A stretch of DNA of 64,000 nt from Carpediemonas membranifera BICM (Eukaryota > Protista > Fornicata): the NCBI GenBank assembly GCA_019828565.1, contig JAHDYR010000053.1, positions 1,090,272-1,154,271 of the forward strand, read 5' to 3'. A program made the translations under genes and the position numbers. The number at the start of each line of letters is the position of its first letter. Positions within the stretch are counted from its first letter, which is position 1. The notes beneath the pieces are model-generated. The model ran no database searches and had not been told where the DNA came from. It was given only the letters and a program-made list of their open reading frames with translations. This document shows, piece after piece, positions 47,201 through 57,281 of the stretch.

Positions 47201-47577
47201 GTCTGCATGCCGAGGCCGAGCGTCAGGGCCGTGAGTGCCAGAAGATCAGGGCCCAGTCAGCCCGACTGCAGGCCGAGTTGCAGGCGGCCATGACCAACCA
47301 GAGCGAGTTCAGAGAGACGCTGCGGTCCCGCGTGTTGCCCAACCCTGCGGACCCCCGCATCGTCGTCGGGAGGAGCGAGGTGTCCATCCTCACCGAGCTA
47401 CCGACAGCTACCCAGGCGATGCAGGTCGTGTCGTCATTCGAGGATAAGAAGACCCCCGCCGGGTCTGTTGACATGCTTGCCGTTCCCGATCTCAGCAGCG
47501 GTCCCATGATGGGCGCCGGGGTGATGCAGCTCATGGGCCTCACAGGCGGGCAAGCGTCCCGGGCGGCGGGCAGGTAA
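44287..47577 (+). CDS. CHD3/Mi-2/PICKLE-like protein lacking chromodomains and ATPase lobe 1, with degenerate lobe 2
   Basis: WDHNHDYTLLATLVDVGYARWQDM and FLKNRVALLEDALRFE match the CHD C-terminal SANT/SLIDE-like region; VTTVVLAHTPW...LLRVVSRSTVE is a decayed HELICc. Confidence 0.7.
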   Translation: MKDDLSVFVDPFNGMKERYAALLRSQRKILQKPRPPRSALIDTVTSLLGIVSVENTEVTNSKRQFICMLAAQFATNTPQSERLAVIVPSDDGAIRLAKDMKAQGIEASAGPNTGQAPVVVVAYTALPAPLGRVTTVVLAHTPWATPAAIDSLLDHATDSPYQLLRVVSRSTVEASLFDRLTGDPQEGLDPWAPVEGLSRNGRTQDSMFPDSALELVLAIGAQGGHGDGIPGLPAGLPDVIARHNYPTADDVINGPNAPSAGPLVNQMLACLTVEEEPPKLEGDILKSGDIFIDSQAVQQILARVSNIALPDSAVGTGVGALCGPQLVHPTSTLHRHGDMFEQFFDDMFSLTGGPNQNKALAPVQSRDRVVCAALSMVWTALFDAPDKVADVPLLAAVELFNPMATLESFEEAFDEPPAFGLGDLELPPSDLGQASVTAPQTPVPKVRRQRKRKKPVAVRVVSPVEQYRRRSTRVRSADQPSLSEPPSPPSPLSPLRKRARGDEYYKPSSAYYFLEDPTDILYLPEVEIALDAADRLSNMCFVAPPRFPQHEVGVLSQLPDIPRLAVSLQADEQNKRSIRTRQKDRTRAKTLWPLPPAELLTEVLEGPAFEPQPKNRRRSALVTMLQRHGFGVGETPARVFKPVLTKCKAHHLLKALKPTLIVRALAEVVVLAVNLAQHQELLRSDEQYARHLTAEDRALYETKQKLLGQVSAGELKTRLEALRLVHMKLFAVEQCGRPFAIAECGQTQFSKPVAGWDHNHDYTLLATLVDVGYARWQDMARVDKYTLAAEVPLGPADGPLDQGAKAIQAKIATFLKNRVALLEDALRFEHQVRTDPLTLAEVSFRREREHMPVRQIMMAKHAFDHQLVMLPLTIEVAHYIRLKRELLEKITAFHAEHMTTNGVNLELRREIEKYNAVIHEHVVRKTIDLRVFNQRTFAASHHYYEAAKAKYQLVDSLSREGFPPDTCERTRRLHAEAERQGRECQKIRAQSARLQAELQAAMTNQSEFRETLRSRVLPNPADPRIVVGRSEVSILTELPTATQAMQVVSSFEDKKTPAGSVDMLAVPDLSSGPMMGAGVMQLMGLTGGQASRAAGR

Positions 47578-47670
47578 CTGGCATACAAGGCATATTATAA
47601 AGGCGCCGCGGTGTGTATGATGGTCTCTTGGTGAAGTCGACTCTGGCGACTGTGATCACCATCGAACGGG

Positions 47671-48756
47671 ATGGGAAAGAGCAAGGGGAAAGGCTCAAGG
47701 CAAATAGAGAAGAAGGCCGTGGAGGCGAAACGCAAGAAGGCACAACAGCTCAATCGCCAAAATGCAAAAGCCGTTCTGAAAGGCGCAAAAGGGAAAAGTG
47801 GCGCCTCCACCGAGAAAGTACCACCACCACCACCAGGTAGCCCACCAGCAGCCTCTACTACAGTTACTAAGCCTGCTCCTCCCATCAAAAGCGAGTCTGG
47901 TGTGAAACCGTGCCGCAGCTGTGGCACCGTCGACCCAAAGCGCTGTCCGGACGGGACGTACTGCATCCGGTGCTGGGCCAAGGTGATTAAGGGTGATACG
48001 TGCGTCGTGTGCGGCAAGGCTGTGTACTTCCGGGCGCCCAGCAACCAGGCGATGGAAGTATCGGTTGTGAATTTAGATGTGTACCGGTGCCACTCTTGCA
48101 ACTTGCTGTGTCATGTTGAGTGCTTCAAGCCAAAGAACATGAACCCTAAGAGGAGGAAGACGTGTCCTGTGTGCATGGGAAAGGCAGAGATCTACCCGTT
48201 CCCCTTCTCGACCAAGCTGCCAAAAGTCTATGTCGAGGCCATCGTCGCCCAGCAGAAGTTCGCCCGCGACCAGCAGAGGCAAGCCGAGTTACAGGCAAAG
48301 CAGCAGGCCAAGCGGCAGACCGACAAGGCTGCCCCGTCCGTTAAGACCGTCACCCGACATGTGCAAACCACGACACCAGTCGCCCCAGCCCCAGCTGCTC
48401 CAGCCAATACGACTGTAGCCACCCCAACCTCCGGGACGTGGGGCCGGCCGGTAAAGGTGAATGGCTCCTGGACTGGCCAGAGTCTGGAGCACTTCGCCCG
48501 CACCCCCAGGGAGGCCCATGTGATGCAGCTCATGAGCCGTGTCGTCGCAGAAGACGCCGACCGGGTCATGCTGTCTGTCGCGTCCCACATCGTCAAGCTC
48601 AGGTCGGCAGCTGAGACAGTCGGACAGGTGTCGGGGGAGGGGGAGTCCGAGCTGTACCACGTGACCAGGGACATCGTTGTCACTGCTGCGACGGAAATCC
48701 AGAAGCGGTGCGCCGAGCTGCTCGGCCACATAGAGCAGATAGTATCGGGTGATTGA
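47671..48756 (+). CDS. PHD-finger-like zinc-binding protein
   Basis: CVVC...CHSC..CHVEC...CPVC (C4HC3) plus an upstream CRSC..CIRC; basic N-terminus. Confidence 0.7.
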   Translation: MGKSKGKGSRQIEKKAVEAKRKKAQQLNRQNAKAVLKGAKGKSGASTEKVPPPPPGSPPAASTTVTKPAPPIKSESGVKPCRSCGTVDPKRCPDGTYCIRCWAKVIKGDTCVVCGKAVYFRAPSNQAMEVSVVNLDVYRCHSCNLLCHVECFKPKNMNPKRRKTCPVCMGKAEIYPFPFSTKLPKVYVEAIVAQQKFARDQQRQAELQAKQQAKRQTDKAAPSVKTVTRHVQTTTPVAPAPAAPANTTVATPTSGTWGRPVKVNGSWTGQSLEHFARTPREAHVMQLMSRVVAEDADRVMLSVASHIVKLRSAAETVGQVSGEGESELYHVTRDIVVTAATEIQKRCAELLGHIEQIVSGD

Positions 48757-48871
48757 TTATCATTAAAACATGCGGTTGACCTGGAAAAGGGTGTGGATGG
48801 TCTGAATGCGTCAAGGCAGCGTTCAAGATTTCGCGTCTTATGCTAGACGATTACACACTTGAAACTGGCGC

Positions 48872-49543
48872 ATGGACAATGCTATCAACTTCAAATTCAT
48901 ACTGGTCGGCGAGTACAAGGTGGGGAAAACGTCATATGTCAAAGCAATGATGAAGCAGGCCGTGGACGAGCAGTACAAGGCCACCGTTGGGGCCGATATG
49001 ACGTTTGTAACGAAAGAGATCTCTGGACACCCAGTGAAGATCAATCTGTGGGACATAGCGGGACAGTTGAAGTATGTGAGCATGCGGAGCACGTTCTATC
49101 GCTCCGCCAGTGCCGCTATTATCATGCACTCGCTCGCCCCAGAGGACATGAGCACCGCTGCCGCAGAGATTAAGGGCTTCGTCGACAGCATCAGGACGGA
49201 GACGGCCGTGGAGCTGAACGACGGCACGGAGGACAAGATCCCGATCTTCGTAGTCGGGAATAAGTCGGACCTCCAGCTCGCCGACGGGCCGACGCCGCAG
49301 GAGCTGGAGCTACAGGAGCAGCTGGCGGAGCACGGGATCGCAGGGTACTACAAGACGTCTGCGCTGACGATGGACAACATCGACGAGTCATTTGACCGCA
49401 TGGCCGAGTTCGTGTTCGAGTACTACGCCGCGAACGACCTGCTCGACCTGCAGGACGACACAGGCATCATTGACATCCGCCAGCCGGCCTCGAAGTCTGG
49501 TGCTGGGTGTCTAGGAATCCTCGGCCTCAGGAAGCGCAATTAA
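48872..49543 (+). CDS. Rab-family small GTPase, Rab32/38-like
   Basis: GEYKVGKTS, YKATVGAD, LWDIAGQ, GNKSD, TSA. Confidence 0.85.
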   Translation: MDNAINFKFILVGEYKVGKTSYVKAMMKQAVDEQYKATVGADMTFVTKEISGHPVKINLWDIAGQLKYVSMRSTFYRSASAAIIMHSLAPEDMSTAAAEIKGFVDSIRTETAVELNDGTEDKIPIFVVGNKSDLQLADGPTPQELELQEQLAEHGIAGYYKTSALTMDNIDESFDRMAEFVFEYYAANDLLDLQDDTGIIDIRQPASKSGAGCLGILGLRKRN

Positions 49544-49634
49544 AAATTTTTTAAAACCTGGCTCCCAAGTTAATGTGAGAGCAAGAGAATCGCCGTAAAT
49601 ACAGTTCATTAAATCCGGTGTTTACAGCTTAGAC

Positions 49635-50666
49635 CTATGGGGCGATGGTGTACACCGTGATGTCGTCAATGACGTCCTGCCGGTCTTCCAGGGCCGTGAT
49701 CTCCTTGCACGCGACCGCCTTCGCCTCGGTTGAGTCCACCTGGGTGAATTTAGCCAGGGCCCGGGCGATGTCAGCCTGTCCCATCCCGGCGTTGCCCAGC
49801 ATTGTCTCCAGACTCGGCTTGGTCACGGCGAAACCGGGTCGTGTGCGGCCGGTCGTGATGTTGTCGATGACGGCAGACCATGCGGCGATGATGCGGGCAG
49901 GGTCTACGAAGAAGTCGAACACGTTGTGGATGTACAGCACGTCCGCCTGGGAGAGCGCGCCCTTGGCAGCGGGGGACGTCACATCGCACTGCTGGACGCT
50001 GATCTGACCGTAGCCTCGGGCCGCCGCGACCTTCGACACAAGGTCGTTGTACTCGGCTGAGATCTCCAGCCCCACGAGACGCCCGAAGTCGGCCAGCACG
50101 GCGGCACCAAACAGGACTGGGCCAAGGCGGGACCCGACGTCAACGAGTGTCATCGTCCTCATCCGGTCGACGTCCGCGGGCGACACCACCAGCTGGTTGG
50201 GGAACATGGCCGCGGGGAGAATAAACCTGAAGACGGCGGCGAGGGCGGGGACAGGGGCCGAGTGCGAGATGATGTCCAGCGGGGCAGTGTCATGGCTGCC
50301 GCAGTGGTTGCAGTAGTGGCTAGGAATTGTCCCGTCGTCCATCATTTGGTCCACAAGGCTGTCCGGATAGAGGAAGTCATCGTATACCACCGTCGTCTCG
50401 GGGTTCAGCTCGGAAAACTCCCCTGACTGTGGCCACGTCGATGACTTGGTCGAAGGGAAGTCGCCGGAGACGTCTACGTGTGGGCGGATGTCCTCAGCGA
50501 CAGCTTGAAGCTGCTCCATCGTGTCTGCAAGCTCGTTTGTGTGATCGTGGCTGACGAGATCGAAGAATGTGTCAGCGATGAACGTTTTGAGATCTTCTCT
50601 GTCCTCATGCGAGGCGGTGGCCCTGAAATCCTGCAGGAGCGCCTTCAGCTCATCCAGAGACGGCAT
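49635..50666 (-). CDS. Class I SAM-dependent methyltransferase (uncharacterised eukaryotic family with CxxC)
   Basis: VDVGSRLG motif I, GLEIS motif II, ADVLYIHNVFDFF; YCNHCGS...IISHS. Confidence 0.75.
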   Translation of the reverse strand: MPSLDELKALLQDFRATASHEDREDLKTFIADTFFDLVSHDHTNELADTMEQLQAVAEDIRPHVDVSGDFPSTKSSTWPQSGEFSELNPETTVVYDDFLYPDSLVDQMMDDGTIPSHYCNHCGSHDTAPLDIISHSAPVPALAAVFRFILPAAMFPNQLVVSPADVDRMRTMTLVDVGSRLGPVLFGAAVLADFGRLVGLEISAEYNDLVSKVAAARGYGQISVQQCDVTSPAAKGALSQADVLYIHNVFDFFVDPARIIAAWSAVIDNITTGRTRPGFAVTKPSLETMLGNAGMGQADIARALAKFTQVDSTEAKAVACKEITALEDRQDVIDDITVYTIAP

Positions 50667-50816
50667 ACTTGTCGGTGCAGATTAGGCCACGAACCAAGAC
50701 TCACCCCCATTAGACTACTGGGCATAGTCTACGTCTTAGACGGTGGATGAACCTTTGCATCCCAACAAATACACTGTGGCTAAATCTGCTCGAGGCGAAG
50801 TGAGTTAAAGAAGCTG

Positions 50817-52826
50817 ATGGGTGCAGGTGAGAGCCGTTTAGCGGTCTCCGAGGCTCTTATTCAGCTTGAAGAACAGCAGAATCCAATAGAGGATGGTCAT
50901 ACCGCCATTTCCTCGCTCCTTGACTCGTCCTTGTCTTCTGAGGAGCTTTTCGCCCTTGTGTCGCTCTCTTCCATCCGTTCCATTGCAAAATCACATCAAC
51001 AGAACATTTGCAACATCCTCGATGGCTGCCTGCATGAGCTGGACGTCTTCCTGGCCGCGTTCAAGGCCGACGAGATTGACAACTGTAGCCCTACCCGGGC
51101 CCTCAACGCCGTTCGCCTCATCACCCGCATTACGCCTGTGCTATACGAGCTGGCCGCCACGGACGAAGCACTGCTTGGTTACATCCACGGAGGCTTTGCT
51201 GTCCGCGCCGTGGACGCCGTCCTCACCGCCCTGTTCCTTCCCGGGTGGACGTGCGGCGTCATGAAGAACCCCGGCAAGCCCGACGCCCAGACAGGTATTG
51301 TGGGAGCCTGTCTGTGGGCTGGCGGGCTCGTGTCACAGGCACCCAAGGCACCGCCGGCCGCCGTCCCCGCAAGAACGGACCTGCTGCGGGCCCTGCTCGC
51401 CCTGCTGTCCATCGACATCTACAAGAAGGCCCCTGCGACCATCGTGCCGTCACTCCCGATCGCTCACTTCAACAGCGTGTCGAGTCCCAACGGCTTCCTG
51501 TTCCTCATCTCCACCCTCAACGTCATAGCCGGACTTCAGCCTGATGCCGGCATACCGTACGTCGGCGCCATCTCCACCACCCAGCAGCAGCTTGCGACGC
51601 AGGCCAGGCTGGCCATAGACGTGTTGTCGATCACACTCGCGTCGTGTCCGTCGGGGAAGCCACACAGGGCGCCCGGTAAGCGGCGGCAGCGCGTGGCAGA
51701 CGCATCAGAGGATGAGGATAATGAGCCTACAAACGTGCTGGCGTTCCATTTGAAACACATTACCGCCCCCGACGCCCTGAGCTTCATCTTCGAGGGCATC
51801 TCGAAGCTTACGGCCAACCCCGCGGACGTCACAGGGGCGTTCATGCCCGGCGCACACTTCAAGATCACATTTGTGCCCGAGCTCGCGGTGCTGTTGACGA
51901 TCATGATCCGAAACAACCCCGACTTCGCCGCGTACATCTCCACGTGTCGCCGGATTGACCCGTTCGTCCGGGGCCTCATCCATCTCGTGGTCTCGCTCAT
52001 GGCGGACAAGCCTAGCGACGACTTCACCGTCGGGTCTATCTACACGGTGACCAATCTGCTTGTAACTCTCTCCACGAACCGAAGCTTTGCCGTGGCGCTC
52101 GGGCAGAAGCTCAGCAAGGCCATACGGATCGCGGGATTTACCTTCAGCGCCAAGGACACTCTCTTCGACATTGCGGTGTTCGTCATGGCACAGGTGGTCG
52201 TCATGTACCATGCCCGTGTCCCCGCCCTCGCCATCAACGCGGCCCTCTTCCTATCGAACTCCACGCCGTACATGCAGACGCTGTCCCCCACCGTCGCTGT
52301 GTCCCTGAAGGACTTTGTCGTCGTCGCCCTATCTGAGGATCTCACCAAGATCACCCCCACCGGCAAGACCATCGCCGTGTGCGCTATCGAAACGATGAAC
52401 AACGTCATCCACCACCAGTTCGCGGGCAACAGCGCCTTCATCCTCGAGCTGATCAGGTCCCAGTCCAAGTTCGCACGAATGATTGATGCCGCCCGGCGAG
52501 TGCAGGACAGAGGAACTGATCCCAGCGACCTTAACCGGTGGCTGGCGTCCCTCCATGTCGGCTCCATTGTCACCGCCCTCAAGGTCCTGACACCCCACGT
52601 CACTGAGCTGCAGCGGCACGGCGTACGGGATCCTAAGATCAGGGAGATGCTCAGCGGTAGCACTCTCATCGGCCTGCTGCCCATCGCACCCCAACTGGTG
52701 GTCCGAAGCGGTGAGAACAGCAGCGCAGCGGTCTGGTTGCGGGGTTACTCATGGTCACTGGCGCTACACCAATGGGATGACGTACCCATGTTTGACCTCG
52801 CCACTGTCATGTTTTTCAAGCGGTAG
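50817..52826 (+). CDS. HID1: HID1/Ecm30 (dymeclin-related) Golgi protein
   Basis: MGAGES myristoylation-type start, LNAVRLITRITPVLYE, LFLPGWT, LSTNRSF, IHHQFAGN, C-terminal WLRGYSW...F. Confidence 0.8.
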   Translation: MGAGESRLAVSEALIQLEEQQNPIEDGHTAISSLLDSSLSSEELFALVSLSSIRSIAKSHQQNICNILDGCLHELDVFLAAFKADEIDNCSPTRALNAVRLITRITPVLYELAATDEALLGYIHGGFAVRAVDAVLTALFLPGWTCGVMKNPGKPDAQTGIVGACLWAGGLVSQAPKAPPAAVPARTDLLRALLALLSIDIYKKAPATIVPSLPIAHFNSVSSPNGFLFLISTLNVIAGLQPDAGIPYVGAISTTQQQLATQARLAIDVLSITLASCPSGKPHRAPGKRRQRVADASEDEDNEPTNVLAFHLKHITAPDALSFIFEGISKLTANPADVTGAFMPGAHFKITFVPELAVLLTIMIRNNPDFAAYISTCRRIDPFVRGLIHLVVSLMADKPSDDFTVGSIYTVTNLLVTLSTNRSFAVALGQKLSKAIRIAGFTFSAKDTLFDIAVFVMAQVVVMYHARVPALAINAALFLSNSTPYMQTLSPTVAVSLKDFVVVALSEDLTKITPTGKTIAVCAIETMNNVIHHQFAGNSAFILELIRSQSKFARMIDAARRVQDRGTDPSDLNRWLASLHVGSIVTALKVLTPHVTELQRHGVRDPKIREMLSGSTLIGLLPIAPQLVVRSGENSSAAVWLRGYSWSLALHQWDDVPMFDLATVMFFKR

Positions 52827-54005
52827 TTGCTGCCCTTTTATGTAAATGCAATCTTTACAGCTTTGTGTCTGTTTATGACGTGGGGGTGGCCCTATAGGCA
52901 GGACTCGTCGCACTCATTGGTGCATTTCCTGCGGGGAAGACGAGGATCGACCGAGCATCAAGGCGGGCGCCGGATCACGCGCAACCTGAATACGTCGAGT
53001 GGTTATCGCTCTGCTGATTCCAGGAGCGCTGTCCATTCACGTCCGACTCGCTATTTGGGGGTCGAGTCTCATCTCGAGTCTGAATGAACTGCGCACTCAT
53101 GCTGCAAGGGAACTGTCAGAGCAAATCAGCGCAGGGGAGAGGAGGGACCAAACGTGCGCGAGGGCAGGCCGGGAGGCCAGCCCTCTGGCGCACAGCAAAA
53201 TCGGTCTGGTCGGTCAGACCCATGTCATCCCAGACTCCATCACTCAAAATGGTGCGTGCATGCATGCTTTAGAGCCCATTCCGATGCTATATCGACCATC
53301 AATTTGGTTGGTGACATGTTCACCTGACTTTCGAAATCGTCCCGAGATGAGCGATGCCGTCACCTCGACTACAACCATCGAATCGCTGTCGCTCTGCCAT
53401 AATGCCTGTATAGCCCTCTAACATCTGGATCCGGGCCATTACCAGCGGGCGCACACTGGAAGTATGCGTTTGGAGTCGGCCCAAACTTCGATTTCGACCG
53501 ACATCGAACATGACGAATAGAGGTAGGAGAAGGCTGAAACTTACGCCATTGCATCAGAATAGAAGCTTATACAGGATGACTGACCCATCTTTAGTTTTTA
53601 AACTCCCAACCTTAATTTCTGGTCGTCGAAATGACGACTCAGTTTGACTCAATCCAGTCCCAGCCTGTACCCAATGGCATCACTCCAGCTACAAGGTCTG
53701 GATCGGGTGTGATTACACCGCCTGCAGCCTTGAATACAACGTCAGGCGTCCTCGACGGGCGCGCAGAATATGCCATCTTTTTTTCACACATTCCTTCGCG
53801 CGCTCTAATAATCGCTCTCCAAGCACCTCTGCTGCTATATTTGTGTAGGATGCTCATTTTGTCACGTCTAGATCACGATTCCTCGCGTTCGCTCTCTCAG
53901 TTTCGGTCACTTCTCGTGCCGAACTAAACAACATCAATCAGGTGCGCCGACGGGACCCTGAAGCGGCAACAAGGTAAGTCCGCCACCATCTAATGATGTC
54001 AAAAT

Positions 54006-54292
54006 CCTAGCTGTGCGCCACAGCGTCTTCGGACACGTGGGTTTGCATTGGCCTGTGGCCCTTGTTGCACACCGGGATATCCGCGCCACTTTGCACGGCG
54101 CGGAACCCGGCTTCTAGCTAGGAGCGCGCGGGCAGTGTGAGACTGCCGCGCAACATCAGATGGACCTAGGACAGTGAGCCTAGATGATACACTTGGACGA
54201 CCCAGCGGCTGCTAGCGGTTGGCGAGTGTATGCGGGAGGGCAGCCCGCGGCGTGGAGCCCCCATCAGAGCTATACCCGTGGGGGGTCATTTT
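54006..54292 (+). ncRNA. Candidate structured non-coding RNA (class unknown)
   Basis: Series of adjacent hairpins including a cUUCGg tetraloop, ending in TTTT; no convincing ORF; strand inferred from UUCG and the T-run. Confidence 0.35.
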
Positions 54293-54300
54293 CGTCCGAA

Positions 54301-57240
54301 ATGTCCGAATTGCCGGATTTGCCAATGGCTGCATCAGGGCTCATTGGGCGATAGCCTCAGCCCAGCCCCGGCGCCGAGTCCCGCCCCTGCTGCCCGAGCT
54401 CGCCCAGCCCTATAGCCCGGACGGTGTCCAGGTGAGACGATGCGTGACATCGCCCGTGCAGCAAACACTACACTAGTGCGGCGACTGACGGCTAATCTGT
54501 CCGTAGCCGATGACGGACGCCGTGCCCGTCTCCTCATTCGCCATGCTGGACACTGGCGCCGCCCAGTTCGTCGCCTTTGACCCAGCCCATCCCGACGCTG
54601 CTGTACCACCGTCGTTTGCTTTGGTCGGGTTCCATGCCTGCACGGTTTAATGGCGCTGCGCAGTTTTGACCGGGCTCGGGTTGACCCTATGTGGCGTGGC
54701 ACGGCGCTTGTCGGTATGGCCCAGGTCTACCTCAACCCCGAGGGGATTCCCCACAATGTCTTCGCTAAGAACCGCACAGACGAGGAGACACGCAACGTAG
54801 CCAACGCTGTCCAGATCATCCGGGAGGCAAGGCCGCTCCTCACCGCATCCGAGCTGGTCTGCCTCGAGATCGGGTGTTGCTATCGTCCGGGGTGACTCCA
54901 AGGACCAATGCGAAGAGCTCCTGTCGCGGTTGAACTCTCTTGTAGCCAATGACCCGACGATGGACATAAGTTTGAAGCGACACTCGGCTTTGACGAAATT
55001 GCACGTCAACAAGGACACCAGTGCTCAAGGAGCTCAATAAGAACAGTCACATCACGCCAGAGCAAGCAGACGCGTACGTCGAGGCCATGCTTCTCGATCC
55101 GGACCCTCAACCCCGAATCCACCCAAACTTTATGCTTTATTCGCACAACCTCTGATGGCGGCTCGTGATGTCCTGGACGCCCAACATCGCCCCCCTCGCG
55201 GAGTTTGTGCTCACGGTCGTCAAGTTCAGCATGACCCGCACCCCGAGGGCGCATATTTGCCTATCCAGCGGCCCTCTCGCCCAGTCCAACCGCGAGAAGC
55301 TTGTCGCTGCCCAGTCGCCCGAGCTCTTCTTGATTGTCAAGGAGACCGTCACTGGCTTCGGGGGCTGAGTGCTGGGCCTCGACTCAGACATGGCCGGGAT
55401 CCGCCAGCTCCTCAACACCCTCCGGGACGAGGACACCAGCCCAGAGACCATGGCCCGCGTGTGGTCCGTGGTCGCCATACTCAGGGCCAGGCCGCCCGTC
55501 CTCCCGCCCTGCCCGACCTAGAGGCGCTGGCGATGGACTCCCTGGCCCACCACAGGCTGACGGACCCCGACTACACACTGACTGCGGACCCCGTAGACGT
55601 CGCCTATCTCGCTGATGTGGCGGGCAGCGTGTATCTATCCATCGCCCAGCTCCTCCACGCCGACCCCAGCCCAGCCCTGGCCCAGTTCGCCGTCAGTCGG
55701 CTGCCCACGGCATTCCTCGGCCTCAGTGAGACGAGCGGCAGCACCACCCTCGCATACGGCACATACGCCCTGCTCAGCATGCTCGTGGCCCAGGACGCCG
55801 TGCCGCTGGCTTACCTGCTCACTACCATTGAGGCCGTCCTCTACTGCCTCGGCGTCGGTCTCCACACCTCTCTGGCCGAGGTCCTGCCGACGATCTCCCA
55901 GGGCTTGAAGCGCGTGCTGGCCAACTCCACCGACGCCTTCGCCCTGTTCCCCGTGACGGCAGTGTTCAACTCCCTGACGGCGTACTTCTCCTTGGTCACG
56001 TCACTACCGCACGCCCCGGTCAGTGTCGTCCTCGGCGGACTCATTGGCTTCCTGCACAACGCCTTTGGATCCGCCCGCGCCGTTGCCCCGCTCCCCAACC
56101 TCTCCGTCGACCTCACAGCCCTCGTTGACCAAGCCCTCATCCCCAACGGCATGCCCGGGGTCTCCCCTGTCATCGCAGCCCTCGTGCAGCTCTCCAAGGG
56201 TCCCGCCGGGCAGTGCCTGCTCGCTGCTGAGGCCATCACCCTCCTCATCCAGGCGGCTGGCACTCGGGCGGTTGCCGTGACCATCGCCGACGCCCTTCCC
56301 GTCCTCGTCGGGCGATCTCGCGGTCATGACGCACGGGTCAGCCGAGGGTGCGGCCGACGCCCAGGCCGTGCTCGACATGCTCCACGTGCTGCAGACGATC
56401 ATTGCATTCTCGGACCCCGACCTTGCCGTTGATTTAATCAAAAGCTCGATGATTGTTGAGAAAATCTTCAGATCGCCAAGACCTGGAGCCCCATCCCTCT
56501 TCTACAAGCTCCTTGGCGCTCTGCCCGTGGGTGCCCCGTCTGGCACCCTCGCACACGCCGCGACACCCGCGGACTTCTACTACATCGCCCTGACGCGGGC
56601 CGCCCAGCTTCTCTCGGCCATCGTCGCCCACCTTCGCTCCCCTGCCGAGCTCGCGGGTATGCTTGAGGCCTGCACCGCGATGATCACCCACCTTGCATGG
56701 GCCGACCTCCACTCGGGCTGCGACACCATCGCCGTACAGCTCTCGACGGCTATGATGACCATCGCTTACTACTCTGTCGGCCACGCCAAGGCCGGGAACA
56801 TCAGAGCCGCTGTCGTGAGCCAGTACCCTGCCGTCATAGCCCATTGCCTCGCCGCGTTGCCCGGCCAAGAGAACCCGGCGCCCATGGTCAACCTCGTCGC
56901 GAAGTCCGTCCGCGCACTTTATGCCTCTGTCGAATGGAACGTTACAGAGGCGCAGGTTCAGAAGCCTATGCCGCCCGTCGTCATCGAGGCGACTAAGAAC
57001 GTCCTTGCGCACTTTACAGTCGGTATTGACACGGAGCAGTTCACGCATGCGTGGGTCGACGTCATTGAGGCGGCGCTTATGGTTCTCTTCCTCTCCGGCG
57101 ACGACTTCAAGGGCATGACCACCGTTGTGGGCCGGCTAACTGCCTGGTACGGCTCTGTGTGCTCAATGGACAAGGCCGCCTCTAAGTCGAGGCCGATGAC
57201 TGTGCTGCACACGGTGCTGAATAGGGTCACGTCGGGATGA
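54301..57240 (+). pseudogene. Large helical-repeat (HEAT/ARM-like) gene broken by many frameshifts: pseudogene or poor consensus
   Basis: Coding-like codon usage hops between ORFs 54650..54895, 55165..55368, 55155..56432 and 56326..57240; 5' boundary uncertain. Confidence 0.55.
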
Positions 57241-57281
57241 GGCCGGGTCAATAGATTAAACGGATGGCTTCTGCTGCTGGA

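Noticed and set aside
52830-53930. Several short ORFs in the gap after HID1
   Set aside because: No family motifs or coherent coding frame; cannot be supported.
53960-54350. RNase P/MRP-like words (GGTAAGTCCG, GAACCCGGCTT, GGGCTCATT) and U1-like ACTTACCT on the minus strand
   Set aside because: No consistent P4 pseudoknot pairing, Sm site or U1 stem-loop order could be built by eye; kept only as an unclassified ncRNA candidate.
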